DNA of 64,000 nucleotides from Candidatus Latescibacterota bacterium. GTDB lineage: Bacteria > Latescibacterota > UBA2968 > UBA8231. Position numbers and translations under genes: made by a program. The DNA lies in contig OZ252098.1 in NCBI GenBank assembly GCA_965248355.1, positions 544,001 through 608,000 of the forward strand, in the 5' to 3' direction. Positions 19,912-29,461 of this stretch are shown here, piece after piece; within the stretch, counting starts at the first letter, position 1, and each line of letters opens with the position of its first letter. Below the pieces are notes generated by a model, which worked only from the letters and a program-made list of their open reading frames with translations, ran no database searches and was not told the DNA's origin.

Positions 19912-21162
19912 ATGCCTGATCCGACTCGCGGCCGCTTCGGAGCCCCCTCCGACGCCCTGAACATCCGGCGGCTCCACCGGGAGAACCGCAAGGTCGCCTG
20001 GGTGGCCTACGCCGTGGCCGCCACCATGGCCGCCTCGGTCTTCGGCTATTTCGCCGCCGCCAAGCGGGAGAAGCCGGCGCCCAAGCCGCTGGCCATGGAG
20101 TTCATCATCCGCAAGCCGCTGGCCAGGAAGTCCTTCCGCATGAGGAAGGCCCAGATCGAGAAGCGCGTCATGACCAGGCGGCTGGTCACCTCCAAGCCGA
20201 AGCTCGCCCACACCCCTCCGAGGGAGATCCGCCGCGCCGACGCCCTGGGCAACGTGGCCGTCTTCGCGCACCAGATCGACGCGGGGACGAGCGTGGGCAC
20301 CGGCACCGTCACCCCCGAGATCGCCTCGGTCGAGATCCGCAGCTCGAAGGATCCCGAGAAGCGCATCAGCATGCAGGAGGAGTTCCTGGATCTCAACGCC
20401 CTCGACACGGGCAAGTACCGGGGCATGGTGATCCAGGACCCCACGGACCGCAGGAACATCCGCGGCTTCGTCTACCTCGCCCTGGCCTGGGGCAACGACC
20501 TGCAACCCGACGCGCCGCGCTCGGTCTCCCGGCTCGCCGACGGCATCAACGCCTACACGGGCATCCAGGCCAAGGTGGCCGACCACATGTTCCTCGACTC
20601 CCCCGAGCTGTTCAAGACCCCCTTCGTCTACATCACCGACAAGGACGGCTTCGAGCTGACCGGCAAGGAGGTGGAGAGCCTCGGGCGGTACATGCGCAGC
20701 GGCGGCTTCGTCTTCGCCGACAACGACCGCCCCGATCTCAACTTCGGCCCGGCGGAAGCCTCGCTGCGGGCCATGTTCGGCCAGGCTCTCGGCCGGCACG
20801 GCAAGCTCGAGAGGATCCCCAACAGCCATCCCATCTACAACAGCTTCTTCGACCTCGACGGCCCGCCGGTGGGGGGCGAGTACCTCAGCGTCAGGGGCAA
20901 TCCCGACATCTTCTACCTCAACTCGGCCGAGGCGACCGACGTCTACTACCAGCCGGACGAGGTGCAGTTCCTCGAGGGGGTCTTCATCGAGGGGCGCCTC
21001 GTGGCGGTCTACTCCGACATGGGGTACGGGAGCATCTGGCAGGACGAGTTCGAGAACGAGCCCCAGCTGAGGATGGGCGTGAACCTCGTGGTCTTCGCCC
21101 TCACCCAGGAAGGCTCCATCGCGCAGCAGCAGATCGACTTCTACACGCAGCTCACGGATTAG
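19912..21162 (+). CDS. Membrane-anchored DUF4159-domain protein with TonB-like basic/Pro-rich stalk
   Basis: Single TM, KPAPKP and K/R-rich linker, then ELFKTPFVYIT, LGRYMRSGGFVFADN, IPNSHPIYNSFFD, GRLVAVYS, LRMGVNLVVFALT; directly upstream of exbB. Confidence 0.7.
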   Translation: MPDPTRGRFGAPSDALNIRRLHRENRKVAWVAYAVAATMAASVFGYFAAAKREKPAPKPLAMEFIIRKPLARKSFRMRKAQIEKRVMTRRLVTSKPKLAHTPPREIRRADALGNVAVFAHQIDAGTSVGTGTVTPEIASVEIRSSKDPEKRISMQEEFLDLNALDTGKYRGMVIQDPTDRRNIRGFVYLALAWGNDLQPDAPRSVSRLADGINAYTGIQAKVADHMFLDSPELFKTPFVYITDKDGFELTGKEVESLGRYMRSGGFVFADNDRPDLNFGPAEASLRAMFGQALGRHGKLERIPNSHPIYNSFFDLDGPPVGGEYLSVRGNPDIFYLNSAEATDVYYQPDEVQFLEGVFIEGRLVAVYSDMGYGSIWQDEFENEPQLRMGVNLVVFALTQEGSIAQQQIDFYTQLTD

Positions 21163-21189
21163 GCGGGAGCAAGGCAAGGAGCAGTCGAG

Positions 21190-21918
21190 ATGTGGGAGAT
21201 CGTAAAGAGCGGCGGCCCCTTGATGGTGCCCCTGACCATCTGCGCCATCCTGGCCGTCGCCTACACCATCGAGAGGCTCTGGATCCTCAACCACATCCCG
21301 GTTCCCGACCGCGCCAAGGAGGAGCTGGACCGGCTCGAGGCCTCCCTCCTCAACGGCGGCCGGGAGGCGGTGGTGGAGGAGTGCAACCAGGGCAAGGGCG
21401 TGCTCAACTTCATCTTCTCCTCCCTGCTGAAGCGCCACGACACCCTGCTCATCGAGCAGCGGGAGTTCCAGGAGACGAACCAGGAGATCGTGCGTCTGGC
21501 CGACTCGGCGGGGGGAGGAGAGGTGGGCCGCTTCATGGTCATGCAGAGAGAGCAGACCGACATGAAGGGGGAACTCGTGATCGAGACGGAGGGGGCGGCG
21601 CGCACCTACCTGGCCAGGAACCTCCCCACCCTGTACACCATCGGCAACATCAGCCCCCTCCTGGGCCTGCTCGGCACGATCATGGGCATGATCATCGCCT
21701 TCGAGTCGATCGCCGTGGCCGGCGCCGGAGACCCCAGGGTGGTGGCCGGCGGCATCTCCCAGGCCCTGGTGACGACGGCCACGGGGCTGATCATCGCCAT
21801 CCCGACGATCGTCGCCTACCGCTACCTGTCGCGCCGCGCCGACCGGGCCCTGGAGCGGGTCGAGGTCTACGGCCACGCCTTCGCCAACACCCTCCTCCTC
21901 TCCCGGCTGCCGGCCTAG
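21190..21918 (+). CDS. exbB: MotA/TolQ/ExbB proton channel family protein
   Basis: GGPLM.PL..C.I, SPLLGLLGTIMGMIIAF, GGISQALVTTATGLIIAIP. Confidence 0.92.
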   Translation: MWEIVKSGGPLMVPLTICAILAVAYTIERLWILNHIPVPDRAKEELDRLEASLLNGGREAVVEECNQGKGVLNFIFSSLLKRHDTLLIEQREFQETNQEIVRLADSAGGGEVGRFMVMQREQTDMKGELVIETEGAARTYLARNLPTLYTIGNISPLLGLLGTIMGMIIAFESIAVAGAGDPRVVAGGISQALVTTATGLIIAIPTIVAYRYLSRRADRALERVEVYGHAFANTLLLSRLPA

Positions 21919-21935
21919 GCCTCCAGGAGCACGGC

Positions 21936-22352
21936 ATGGCCAGACACCGAGTTGAGCACATCCGCAGCGTCGCCGAGGAGGGGGAGCCCGATCTGACGCC
22001 GATGATCGACTGCGTCTTCCTGCTGTTGATCTTCTTCATGGTCACCACCGTCTTCCTGCACACCAAGGGGCTGGACGTGGACCTGCCGGCGCCGAGCGAG
22101 GCGGAGGAGGAGCAGAAGAAGGATATCAACGTGGTGCTGAGCGAAGAGGGGGAGATCGAGATCGGGGGGGAGCCCGTGGCGGCCTCCGACCTCGGCACCG
22201 GCCTGACCACCGCCATGGAAGAGGCCAACAACGAGAACATCATCGTCCAGGCCCACGAGGAGTGCGCCCAGAAGCACGTGGTCTACGTGGTGGACACGGC
22301 CAAGGGGGTAGGGGTGAAGGGGATCGCCCTCGTGCGGGTCCAGGAGGAGTAG
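21936..22352 (+). CDS. exbD: ExbD/TolR biopolymer transport protein
   Basis: DLTPMIDCVFLLLIFFMVTT with conserved Asp; AGGAG RBS. Confidence 0.92.
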   Translation: MARHRVEHIRSVAEEGEPDLTPMIDCVFLLLIFFMVTTVFLHTKGLDVDLPAPSEAEEEQKKDINVVLSEEGEIEIGGEPVAASDLGTGLTTAMEEANNENIIVQAHEECAQKHVVYVVDTAKGVGVKGIALVRVQEE

Positions 22353-22354
22353 GT

Positions 22355-22765
22355 ATGGCCAGGCAGCAGAGTACCGAGCGGGAGCCGGACTTCAACCTGA
22401 CGCCGATGATCGACTGCGTCTTCCTGCTGTTGATCTTCTTCATGGTCACCACCGTCTTCAAGCAGCCTTACAGCCTGCAGCTGGAGCTGCCCGAGGCCCA
22501 GCAGGCGCACCGGGTGCAGGAGAAGAAGCTGGTGAGCTCGATCACCGCCGACGGGCGCATGGAGATCAACCGCGAGCTGGTCAGCGCCGCCGACCTGGAG
22601 CAGGTGCTTCTCCGGCACAAGCAGGGGACGAGGAGCCTGACCCTGATCGTGCGCACCGACAAGGAGACCAAGCACAAGTTCCTCCTCGATCTGATCGAGG
22701 TGGCCAAGCGCCTGCGGATCGAGAAGGTGGTGCTGGCCACCGAAGACGAGAAGGTCGAGCTCTGA
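22355..22765 (+). CDS. exbD: ExbD/TolR biopolymer transport protein, second copy
   Basis: NLTPMIDCVFLLLIFFMVTT; LIVRTDKET. Confidence 0.92.
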   Translation: MARQQSTEREPDFNLTPMIDCVFLLLIFFMVTTVFKQPYSLQLELPEAQQAHRVQEKKLVSSITADGRMEINRELVSAADLEQVLLRHKQGTRSLTLIVRTDKETKHKFLLDLIEVAKRLRIEKVVLATEDEKVEL

Positions 22766-22769
22766 TTCC

Positions 22770-24113
22770 ATGAACCTGAAGACCGCTCTCCTCGTCAGCC
22801 TGGTCTTCGTCCTCGTCCTCGGCGCCCTGCTCTACTCCAACCGGAGGGAGCAGGAGAAGGAGGAGGCCGACGTCCTCTCCCGGGAGCTGTTGATCTTCGA
22901 CAAGAGCGAGGCGGACGAGCTCACCGTCGACGGCCCGCAGGGGAGGGTGGTCTGCCGCAAGGCCGGGGACCAGTGGAGGATCGTCGAGCCCGTGGAGGTG
23001 GACGCCAGCCGCGGCGCCGTGGAGACGGTGCTGGTCAACCTGGAGCGCGCCCGTCTGCAGAAATACCTGCTCCTGGAGGAGGCCGGCGACCGCGATGTCC
23101 TCGAGGAGTACGGCCTGGATCCGCCCCACATCATGGTGACCCTTCGCGTCCGGGGGAGCGTCCTCGACACCGTCCTCTACGGGGACAGCCCCATGGGCGT
23201 GTACGCCTATGTCAAGAAGACCTCCGAGAATCGCGTCGGCATGGTCGAGTTCTACCGGCGCACCGGTGTCAACCGCGGGCTGGCCCAGCTGCGGGAGAAG
23301 CGGGCCCTGAAGTTCGAACGGGGCAAGGCGAGGGACCTGCGCGTCGAGAGCCCGGGGGACACCATCGAGGTGGCCAGGCTGGAGGACGGCTGGCGGATGA
23401 GGCTTCCCCTGGAGGCGAGAGGCGACGAGGAGGAGATCCAGGAGATCCTCAAGGGCCTGACCGCGCCGGTGAAGGAGTTCGTCGACGACACGCCGGCCAG
23501 CCTCCGCGAGTACGGCCTCGATCCGCCGCGCCTCCGCATCGAGGTGACGGCGGCCGACGGCGGCTCCCATGCCCTGTGGGTCGGCGCCGGCGCCGCGAGC
23601 GGCTATTACGCGAAGAATCTCTACCAGCCCTCGGTCTTCACCGTCGATTCGGCCCTGGTGGACCGCCTCGACGAAGCCGCCCTCGGCCTGAGGTTCAAGC
23701 GTCTCCTCGCCTTCGAGAGGCAGAAGGTGGACCGCATCGAGTTCGCCTACCCGGGCCGGACCGTCCTCTGCGTGCGGGAGGGCCAGGCGTGGCTGGCCCT
23801 CCCCCGGAAACAACCTGTGAACGGCCTGGAACTCGATGCCATCATGCACAACATGAAAGAGCTCAAGGCCGAGGGCTTCGTCTTCGGGGAACAGGACAGC
23901 GGCTCGTACGGGCTCGATCCTCCCCGGGCGAGGATCCGGCTCTGGGCGGAAGAGCGGCTCGTGGGCGATCTGGCCCTTGGCGAGGCCCAGGGAGACAGGG
24001 TCTACGCCAAGGGAAGCGAGAACGAGCTCGTCTGCCTGGTCGACAGGGGGGTGGCCGAGCGGCTGGGCGTGGACAGGATCTTCAAGGAAGGGGACCCGAG
24101 CGGTGGCGGATGA
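22770..24113 (+). CDS. DUF4340-domain periplasmic protein (three repeats), N-terminal anchor
   Basis: Three repeats carrying W.I/M..P and L.EYGLDPP motifs. Confidence 0.75.
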   Translation: MNLKTALLVSLVFVLVLGALLYSNRREQEKEEADVLSRELLIFDKSEADELTVDGPQGRVVCRKAGDQWRIVEPVEVDASRGAVETVLVNLERARLQKYLLLEEAGDRDVLEEYGLDPPHIMVTLRVRGSVLDTVLYGDSPMGVYAYVKKTSENRVGMVEFYRRTGVNRGLAQLREKRALKFERGKARDLRVESPGDTIEVARLEDGWRMRLPLEARGDEEEIQEILKGLTAPVKEFVDDTPASLREYGLDPPRLRIEVTAADGGSHALWVGAGAASGYYAKNLYQPSVFTVDSALVDRLDEAALGLRFKRLLAFERQKVDRIEFAYPGRTVLCVREGQAWLALPRKQPVNGLELDAIMHNMKELKAEGFVFGEQDSGSYGLDPPRARIRLWAEERLVGDLALGEAQGDRVYAKGSENELVCLVDRGVAERLGVDRIFKEGDPSGGG

Positions 24114-25357
24114 AGCGCGTCCTCTGGCTCACGTGGGGCGGCGCCGCGATCGTGGCGGCCGGCCTCGGAGGGGGCCTGTACTACCACCTCGGCGTCCTCG
24201 AGCCGAGGCGGAACCGCGCCGGGGCCGAGGCCCTCTTCGCGCAGGGCAACGCCAGGCTGAACTCGGGGGAGACGGCCGCCGCCATCGAGGACTACCAGCG
24301 GGCCGTCGACCGCGATCCCGGCTTCGTGCCCGCCTACAACGGGCTGGGCATGGCCTACCGGTCCTCGGGAGACCGGCCGCGGGCCGAAGCGCTCCTGCAG
24401 GAGGCCCTCACCATCGACCCCACCGTTCCGGAGACCTACAACAACCTGGCCATCCTCTACTCCGAGAGCGGCCGCGTCGATCAGGCGGAGGCGGTCTACA
24501 GGAAGGCCCTCACCATCGACCCGAACGCCGCCGTGACCTACTACAACCTGGGCGCCTTCTACTCCCAGGTCGGCCGTTACGCCCAGGCGGTGGAGGAGTA
24601 CGGCAAGGCGGTGCAGCTCCGGCGCGGCCTCTACCAGGCCCACAACAACATGGCCCTGGCCTACATCGCCCTCGGCAAGCCTTCCCAGGCGGTGGGGGAG
24701 CTGAAGAGATCGATCCAGCTCAACCCCCGCCAGGGCCGGGCCTGGTACAATCTCGGTCTGGCCCACGAGGAGGATGGCCGCTACGAGGAGGCGGCCGACT
24801 GCTTCCGGACGGCCCTGGAGAACGCCCCCGGCGTGGCCGACGTCCACTATCACCTCGGCGTCGTCCACGAGGGGCTGCAACGCGAGACGGAGGCCATGGA
24901 GGGGTACCAGAGGGCCCTCGCCCTCGACCCGTCGCACAGGGAGGCCCACTACCGCACCGGCCGGCTGCTGGCGGCGCAGGGCCGGCACGAGGAGGCGGAA
25001 ACCCGGTACCTGAGCGCCATCGAGATCGATCCGGAGTACGCCGACGCCCGCTACAACCTGGGCCGCCTCTACATGAAGCAGGGCCGGACCGCCGAGGCGC
25101 AGCGGGAGATGGAGCGGTTCCGCCAGATGAGCGAATACGACAAGGAGAGGGAGAACGTCAGCCGGATCCTGCTCTACATGCCCCGCGACGCCACCTCCCG
25201 CTGGAAGCTGGGCCAGGTGCACGAGAAATACGGTAAGTACGACAGGGCCATCGAGGAGTACCGGAAGGCCCTGGCCATCCGTCCCGGCTTCCAGGAACCC
25301 CGGCAGGCGCTCGAATCGGTGCTCGAGGCGCGTTCCCGGGAGGAGGACCGCAGATGA
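24110..25357 (+). CDS. Membrane-anchored tetratricopeptide repeat protein
   Basis: N-terminal TM then many canonical TPRs (AYNGLG.AY, YYNLG, A...Y.KAL.IDP); ATGA overlap with previous gene. Confidence 0.9.
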   Translation: MKRVLWLTWGGAAIVAAGLGGGLYYHLGVLEPRRNRAGAEALFAQGNARLNSGETAAAIEDYQRAVDRDPGFVPAYNGLGMAYRSSGDRPRAEALLQEALTIDPTVPETYNNLAILYSESGRVDQAEAVYRKALTIDPNAAVTYYNLGAFYSQVGRYAQAVEEYGKAVQLRRGLYQAHNNMALAYIALGKPSQAVGELKRSIQLNPRQGRAWYNLGLAHEEDGRYEEAADCFRTALENAPGVADVHYHLGVVHEGLQRETEAMEGYQRALALDPSHREAHYRTGRLLAAQGRHEEAETRYLSAIEIDPEYADARYNLGRLYMKQGRTAEAQREMERFRQMSEYDKERENVSRILLYMPRDATSRWKLGQVHEKYGKYDRAIEEYRKALAIRPGFQEPRQALESVLEARSREEDRR

Positions 25358-28300
25358 GCTTGATCGGAATCTCGATCGTCGGTTTCACCCTGGGCATCGC
25401 CCTCCTCGCCCGGGACGTGCCCACCGAGGACTACATGCTCTCCACCTTCCAGGCGGGCCAGAGCTTCTACTCCGAGGGCGCCTACGACCAGGCCATCGAG
25501 AAGTACAGCGACGTGGGAGGGGTCCGCAGCCTGCTGCTCGACGACGCCGCGATCGTCGTCGTCGTCGGCGAGGTGGAGACCACGGTCAAGGACGCGGCGA
25601 TCTATCAGGTGGGCAACTCCTACTTCAAGATGTTCGAGGAGGAGTTCCAGGCGGCCTCGGGCCCGGGCAACGAACGGCAGCGGGAGCAGCGGCTGGAGAG
25701 GGCCCACAAGTACCTGGAGGAGGCGGTGAGCCACTTCTCCAGGGTCGAGGAGCGGGCCGACTCGGAGGAGCTGCGTATCCTCGCCCTGAGCCGGATCATG
25801 ACCAGCTGGTACAGCGCCAGGCGCTACCAGGAGGTGATCCGCGTGGGCCGGGAGTTCGTCGACAAGCATCCCGGCAGCGCCTACCTCGTGGAGGCCCTGT
25901 ACAACATCGGCTGGTCCTACTACGAGCTCGGGGAATACGCCCGCAGCATCGAGGCCTTCACCGAGTTGACGGGGCGCTTCGAGTCCGGCTTCCACGTGAG
26001 CCGGGCCCTGTTCCAGATCGGGGAGTGCTACTACGACCAGGGGCGCTACGCCGAGGCGGTCCCCTGGTACCAGCGGCTGGTGGACCGGGCCAACATCCTC
26101 GAGCTGACCGAGCAGGAGATCCAGCGGATGCAGTTCGAGAAGGTGGCCGGCCTGGTGGACGAGACCGAGTACGAGCTGACCGCCAAGGCCCAGATCCGCA
26201 TCGGAGACAGCTACAGCCGGCTGGGGGACTTCGAGCGGGCGGAGGAGTCCTACCGCGTGGTGGTCTCGGTCTTCGCCCAGGAACGGCGCCTCGTGGAGAG
26301 GGCCTACCAGAGCCTGGCGGACATGCACTTCGAGAACCGGCGGCTGGCGCAGTGCGTCGCCGCCTACCGCGAGGCCATCGACAACATACCGAACCGCATC
26401 TTCAAGGCCCGCATGCAGTTCCAGCTGGCCAAGCGCTACGCCGAGGCGAGCCGGGAGTGGGGAGAGGACCTCTTCGAGGACGCCGTCCGCGAGTACAACG
26501 TCTACCTGAAGGGCTACGCCGAGGTGGCGCCGCAGGCCGGGTACACCGCGGCCAATGTCTGGTTCGAGATCGGCCAGGTCCACTACGCCGCGGCCGAGGA
26601 GCAGGCGCAGGGAGGGGAGGACGGCCGCGAGGCCTACGGCCGGGCCCTGCAGGCGTACACCGAGATTCTCGAGCAGCATGCCGACCCGAGCTTCCTCACC
26701 GCGGCCCGATTCAACGCCGCCCTCTGCAAGCAGAGGATGGGCGGCGAAGGGGCCCTGGGCGAGGCGATCGAGGCCTATGGCCGGATCATCGAGGAGGATC
26801 CCGACGGCACCTACGCCCGGAGTTCCAGGTTCCAGTTGGCCCGCATGTACTTCGGCCGGGAGGAGTTCGACCGGTCCGCGGATACCTACGCCGAGATCAT
26901 CGCCGGGGCCCATGACTCCACCCACCTCGACATCGCCCGTTTCGAGCTGGGCCTCGTCCTGCAGAAGAAGGGCGACCTGGAGGGGGCCGTGGAGGAGTTC
27001 CTCTCCGTGCGCCCGGCGGCGCCCCAGTTCTCCCTCTCCCGCCTCGAGGCCGGCCGCGCCTGCGTGAGCCTGGAGAGCTTCGACCGGGCCCTCGAGGTCC
27101 TGTCCAGCGGCGTGAAGGCCTCCGCCGCGGACGGCGAGCGCGCCCAGTACCACTACCTGATGGGCAAGGCCTGGGCCGGCAAGCAGGAGTACGAGCGCTC
27201 CGTCGAGTCCTTCACGCAGACCATCGCCCTCACCGCGGACCCGGCCCTCGTGGAGATCGCGCGCTACGACAGGGGGACGGGCTATTCCCGGCTCGAGCGC
27301 TACGCCGAGGCGGAGAAGGACCTGCGGGTGCTGGTGGAGTCCGGCAACGAGCGCATCCGCGGACCGGCGCAGAAGATGCTCGGGCTGGCCTACCTCCGGC
27401 TCGACCGGCAGCAGGAGGCCCTGGCCAGCTACGGGCGGCTGGCCGAGACCTCCGCCGATCCCACGGAGCGGGCGGAGTACATGGTGCTCATGCTCGAGCT
27501 GTTCTTCGAGCTGGAGCAGTACGACATGGCCGTCGCCACGGGGCGCCGGATCCTGGCCATGGAGTTCGAGGACAGCCTCGAGCACAAGGACTACTGGATC
27601 GAGGAGCTGGTCTACTACCTCATCGGCGAAAGCCAGCAGCGAAGCGGCCGGAGCGAGGCGGCCCTCGCCACCTACGGCGAGGGCCTGAGGCGCTACCCCG
27701 CCTCCTACTACTCGCCGGACATGGCCTATGCCCTGGGCACCCTCCACTTCGAGAGCAACCGCCTCGACGACGCCGCCCGAAGCCTGGCCGACTTCGTGGG
27801 CCGCTTCCCCCGCTCCCCCAACGCCCTGTACGGCCGCTACTACCTCGGGTACGCCCACTTCAACCTGAGGGAGTTCGACCAGTCCCTGGAGGTCTTCCAG
27901 GCTCTCGTGGGGAGGTTCCCGGGATCGGAGGTGGCCGCCGAGGCCCTGATGCGCGCCGCCGAGAGCGCCTTCAACCTGGGCCGCTTCGACGAGGTCGCCG
28001 CCCTCTACGGCCGGCTTCTGGAGAGCTATCCCGACTCGCCCTTCAGCGACGACGCCATGTACAACCTGGCCTGGGCCTTCTACGAGTCCAAGGACGAGGA
28101 GGCCTTCATCTCCGGCCTGCAGCGGCTGCTGACCACCTTCCCGCGGAGCGAATTCGCCCCTGACGCCCGGTTCACCCTCGGCGACTACTACTTCAACAGG
28201 GAGGAGTACGAGAGGGCCCAGGCCGAGTACGAGATCGTGCTCTCCGAGTACGGCGGCTCCACCATCGCCCGGGAGGTCCCCCAGGTCCTGCGCAAGGTCC

Positions 28301-28635
28301 GTGAGATCATCGCCTACGGCGAGTACGAGCGGGCCATGGCGATCTTCACCGAGGGCCTGAGCCTGGACAAGCAGGCCAAGGGGGATGAGGCGGTGCGGAA
28401 GTTCGAGGAGGCCGTCCCCCTCTTCGTGGCCCTCATGGAGAAGTACCCCGGCACCGAGGTCGAGGTCGGCGCCCTGAGCAACCTCGGCATCTGCTACGAG
28501 TTCCTGCGCAGGTGGAAGGATGCGGTGCAGACCTACGACAGGGTGATCGCCCTGTACGAGGAGGAGAAGGCGAGTCAGGAGGCCTTCCAGTTCGCCAAGG
28601 GCCACCGCGACTGGATCGTGACCTCCCGGCTCTGA
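25354..28635 (+). CDS. Large periplasmic TPR protein (BamD/CpoB-like repeats), 1093 aa
   Basis: Hydrophobic N-terminus; repeated F/YP.S...A.....G..Y motifs; ATGA overlap. Confidence 0.85.
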   Translation: MSLIGISIVGFTLGIALLARDVPTEDYMLSTFQAGQSFYSEGAYDQAIEKYSDVGGVRSLLLDDAAIVVVVGEVETTVKDAAIYQVGNSYFKMFEEEFQAASGPGNERQREQRLERAHKYLEEAVSHFSRVEERADSEELRILALSRIMTSWYSARRYQEVIRVGREFVDKHPGSAYLVEALYNIGWSYYELGEYARSIEAFTELTGRFESGFHVSRALFQIGECYYDQGRYAEAVPWYQRLVDRANILELTEQEIQRMQFEKVAGLVDETEYELTAKAQIRIGDSYSRLGDFERAEESYRVVVSVFAQERRLVERAYQSLADMHFENRRLAQCVAAYREAIDNIPNRIFKARMQFQLAKRYAEASREWGEDLFEDAVREYNVYLKGYAEVAPQAGYTAANVWFEIGQVHYAAAEEQAQGGEDGREAYGRALQAYTEILEQHADPSFLTAARFNAALCKQRMGGEGALGEAIEAYGRIIEEDPDGTYARSSRFQLARMYFGREEFDRSADTYAEIIAGAHDSTHLDIARFELGLVLQKKGDLEGAVEEFLSVRPAAPQFSLSRLEAGRACVSLESFDRALEVLSSGVKASAADGERAQYHYLMGKAWAGKQEYERSVESFTQTIALTADPALVEIARYDRGTGYSRLERYAEAEKDLRVLVESGNERIRGPAQKMLGLAYLRLDRQQEALASYGRLAETSADPTERAEYMVLMLELFFELEQYDMAVATGRRILAMEFEDSLEHKDYWIEELVYYLIGESQQRSGRSEAALATYGEGLRRYPASYYSPDMAYALGTLHFESNRLDDAARSLADFVGRFPRSPNALYGRYYLGYAHFNLREFDQSLEVFQALVGRFPGSEVAAEALMRAAESAFNLGRFDEVAALYGRLLESYPDSPFSDDAMYNLAWAFYESKDEEAFISGLQRLLTTFPRSEFAPDARFTLGDYYFNREEYERAQAEYEIVLSEYGGSTIAREVPQVLRKVREIIAYGEYERAMAIFTEGLSLDKQAKGDEAVRKFEEAVPLFVALMEKYPGTEVEVGALSNLGICYEFLRRWKDAVQTYDRVIALYEEEKASQEAFQFAKGHRDWIVTSRL

Positions 28636-28658
28636 TGACGGAGAGAAAGGGTGAGGCA

Positions 28659-29453
28659 ATGAGCTCCTGGCGAAAGGCGATCGGCTGGACACTGGTCTGC
28701 TGCGCGGCCCTGGCCGCGCAGGGGTGCATCATCTTCCCGCCGAGAATCCACTACAACTCCTACATGGTGCCCGCCGAGGGCGCCCAGGCGGGCGAGTTCC
28801 ACCGCACCGAGGAGGACGGCTCCATCTCCTACGTCATGGAGGGGCTCCGGCTCAACGTCCGGTTTCTCACCGACGCCGAGCTGAACGCCCTGCTGCCGGA
28901 GGACTCCTTCAAGGGGAAGTACTCGACGAATCCCTACACCTACGGCGACCACGTGGACGGCGACATGGGCTACACCCCCGACCGCTTCACCACCTTCCGG
29001 GTCAGCGTCTTCAACCAGACCTTCGCCAAGGTCCAGCTCAATCCCATCGAGGCCGTCCTGCTCACCGATCAGGGCGACGAGCTGACCTCCTACGGGATCC
29101 CCTCCACCTCGCCCTACAACAGCTTCGAGCGCTACTACCGGGGCCTGAGAGGGCAGAGCGGCAACGAGTTCTACCGCTTCGAGGTGCGCATGGGCCACGT
29201 GCGCAGCCTCAACTACGCCGAGAGCCAGCCCATCTTCAAGGGCGAGAACTACAGCGGCCTCATCGCCTTCGACGCCCTCGACCCGGAGGTACGGCGCGTG
29301 CGGCTCGTGCTCGGGGAGTTCACCCTCAAGTTCGACGAGTTCGGCGTGCCCCTGGAGACGATCGACTGCCGGTTCGACTTCCGCCGGGAGATCGAGATGT
29401 GGGAGGAGGGGGGAGAGGAGACGCTGGTGAGCGACCGCGGCCGGCAGCCCTAG
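28659..29453 (+). CDS. Hypothetical lipoprotein
   Basis: GTGAGG RBS; signal with lipobox AAQGC. Confidence 0.65.
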   Translation: MSSWRKAIGWTLVCCAALAAQGCIIFPPRIHYNSYMVPAEGAQAGEFHRTEEDGSISYVMEGLRLNVRFLTDAELNALLPEDSFKGKYSTNPYTYGDHVDGDMGYTPDRFTTFRVSVFNQTFAKVQLNPIEAVLLTDQGDELTSYGIPSTSPYNSFERYYRGLRGQSGNEFYRFEVRMGHVRSLNYAESQPIFKGENYSGLIAFDALDPEVRRVRLVLGEFTLKFDEFGVPLETIDCRFDFRREIEMWEEGGEETLVSDRGRQP

Positions 29454-29461
29454 CCCCGCCC

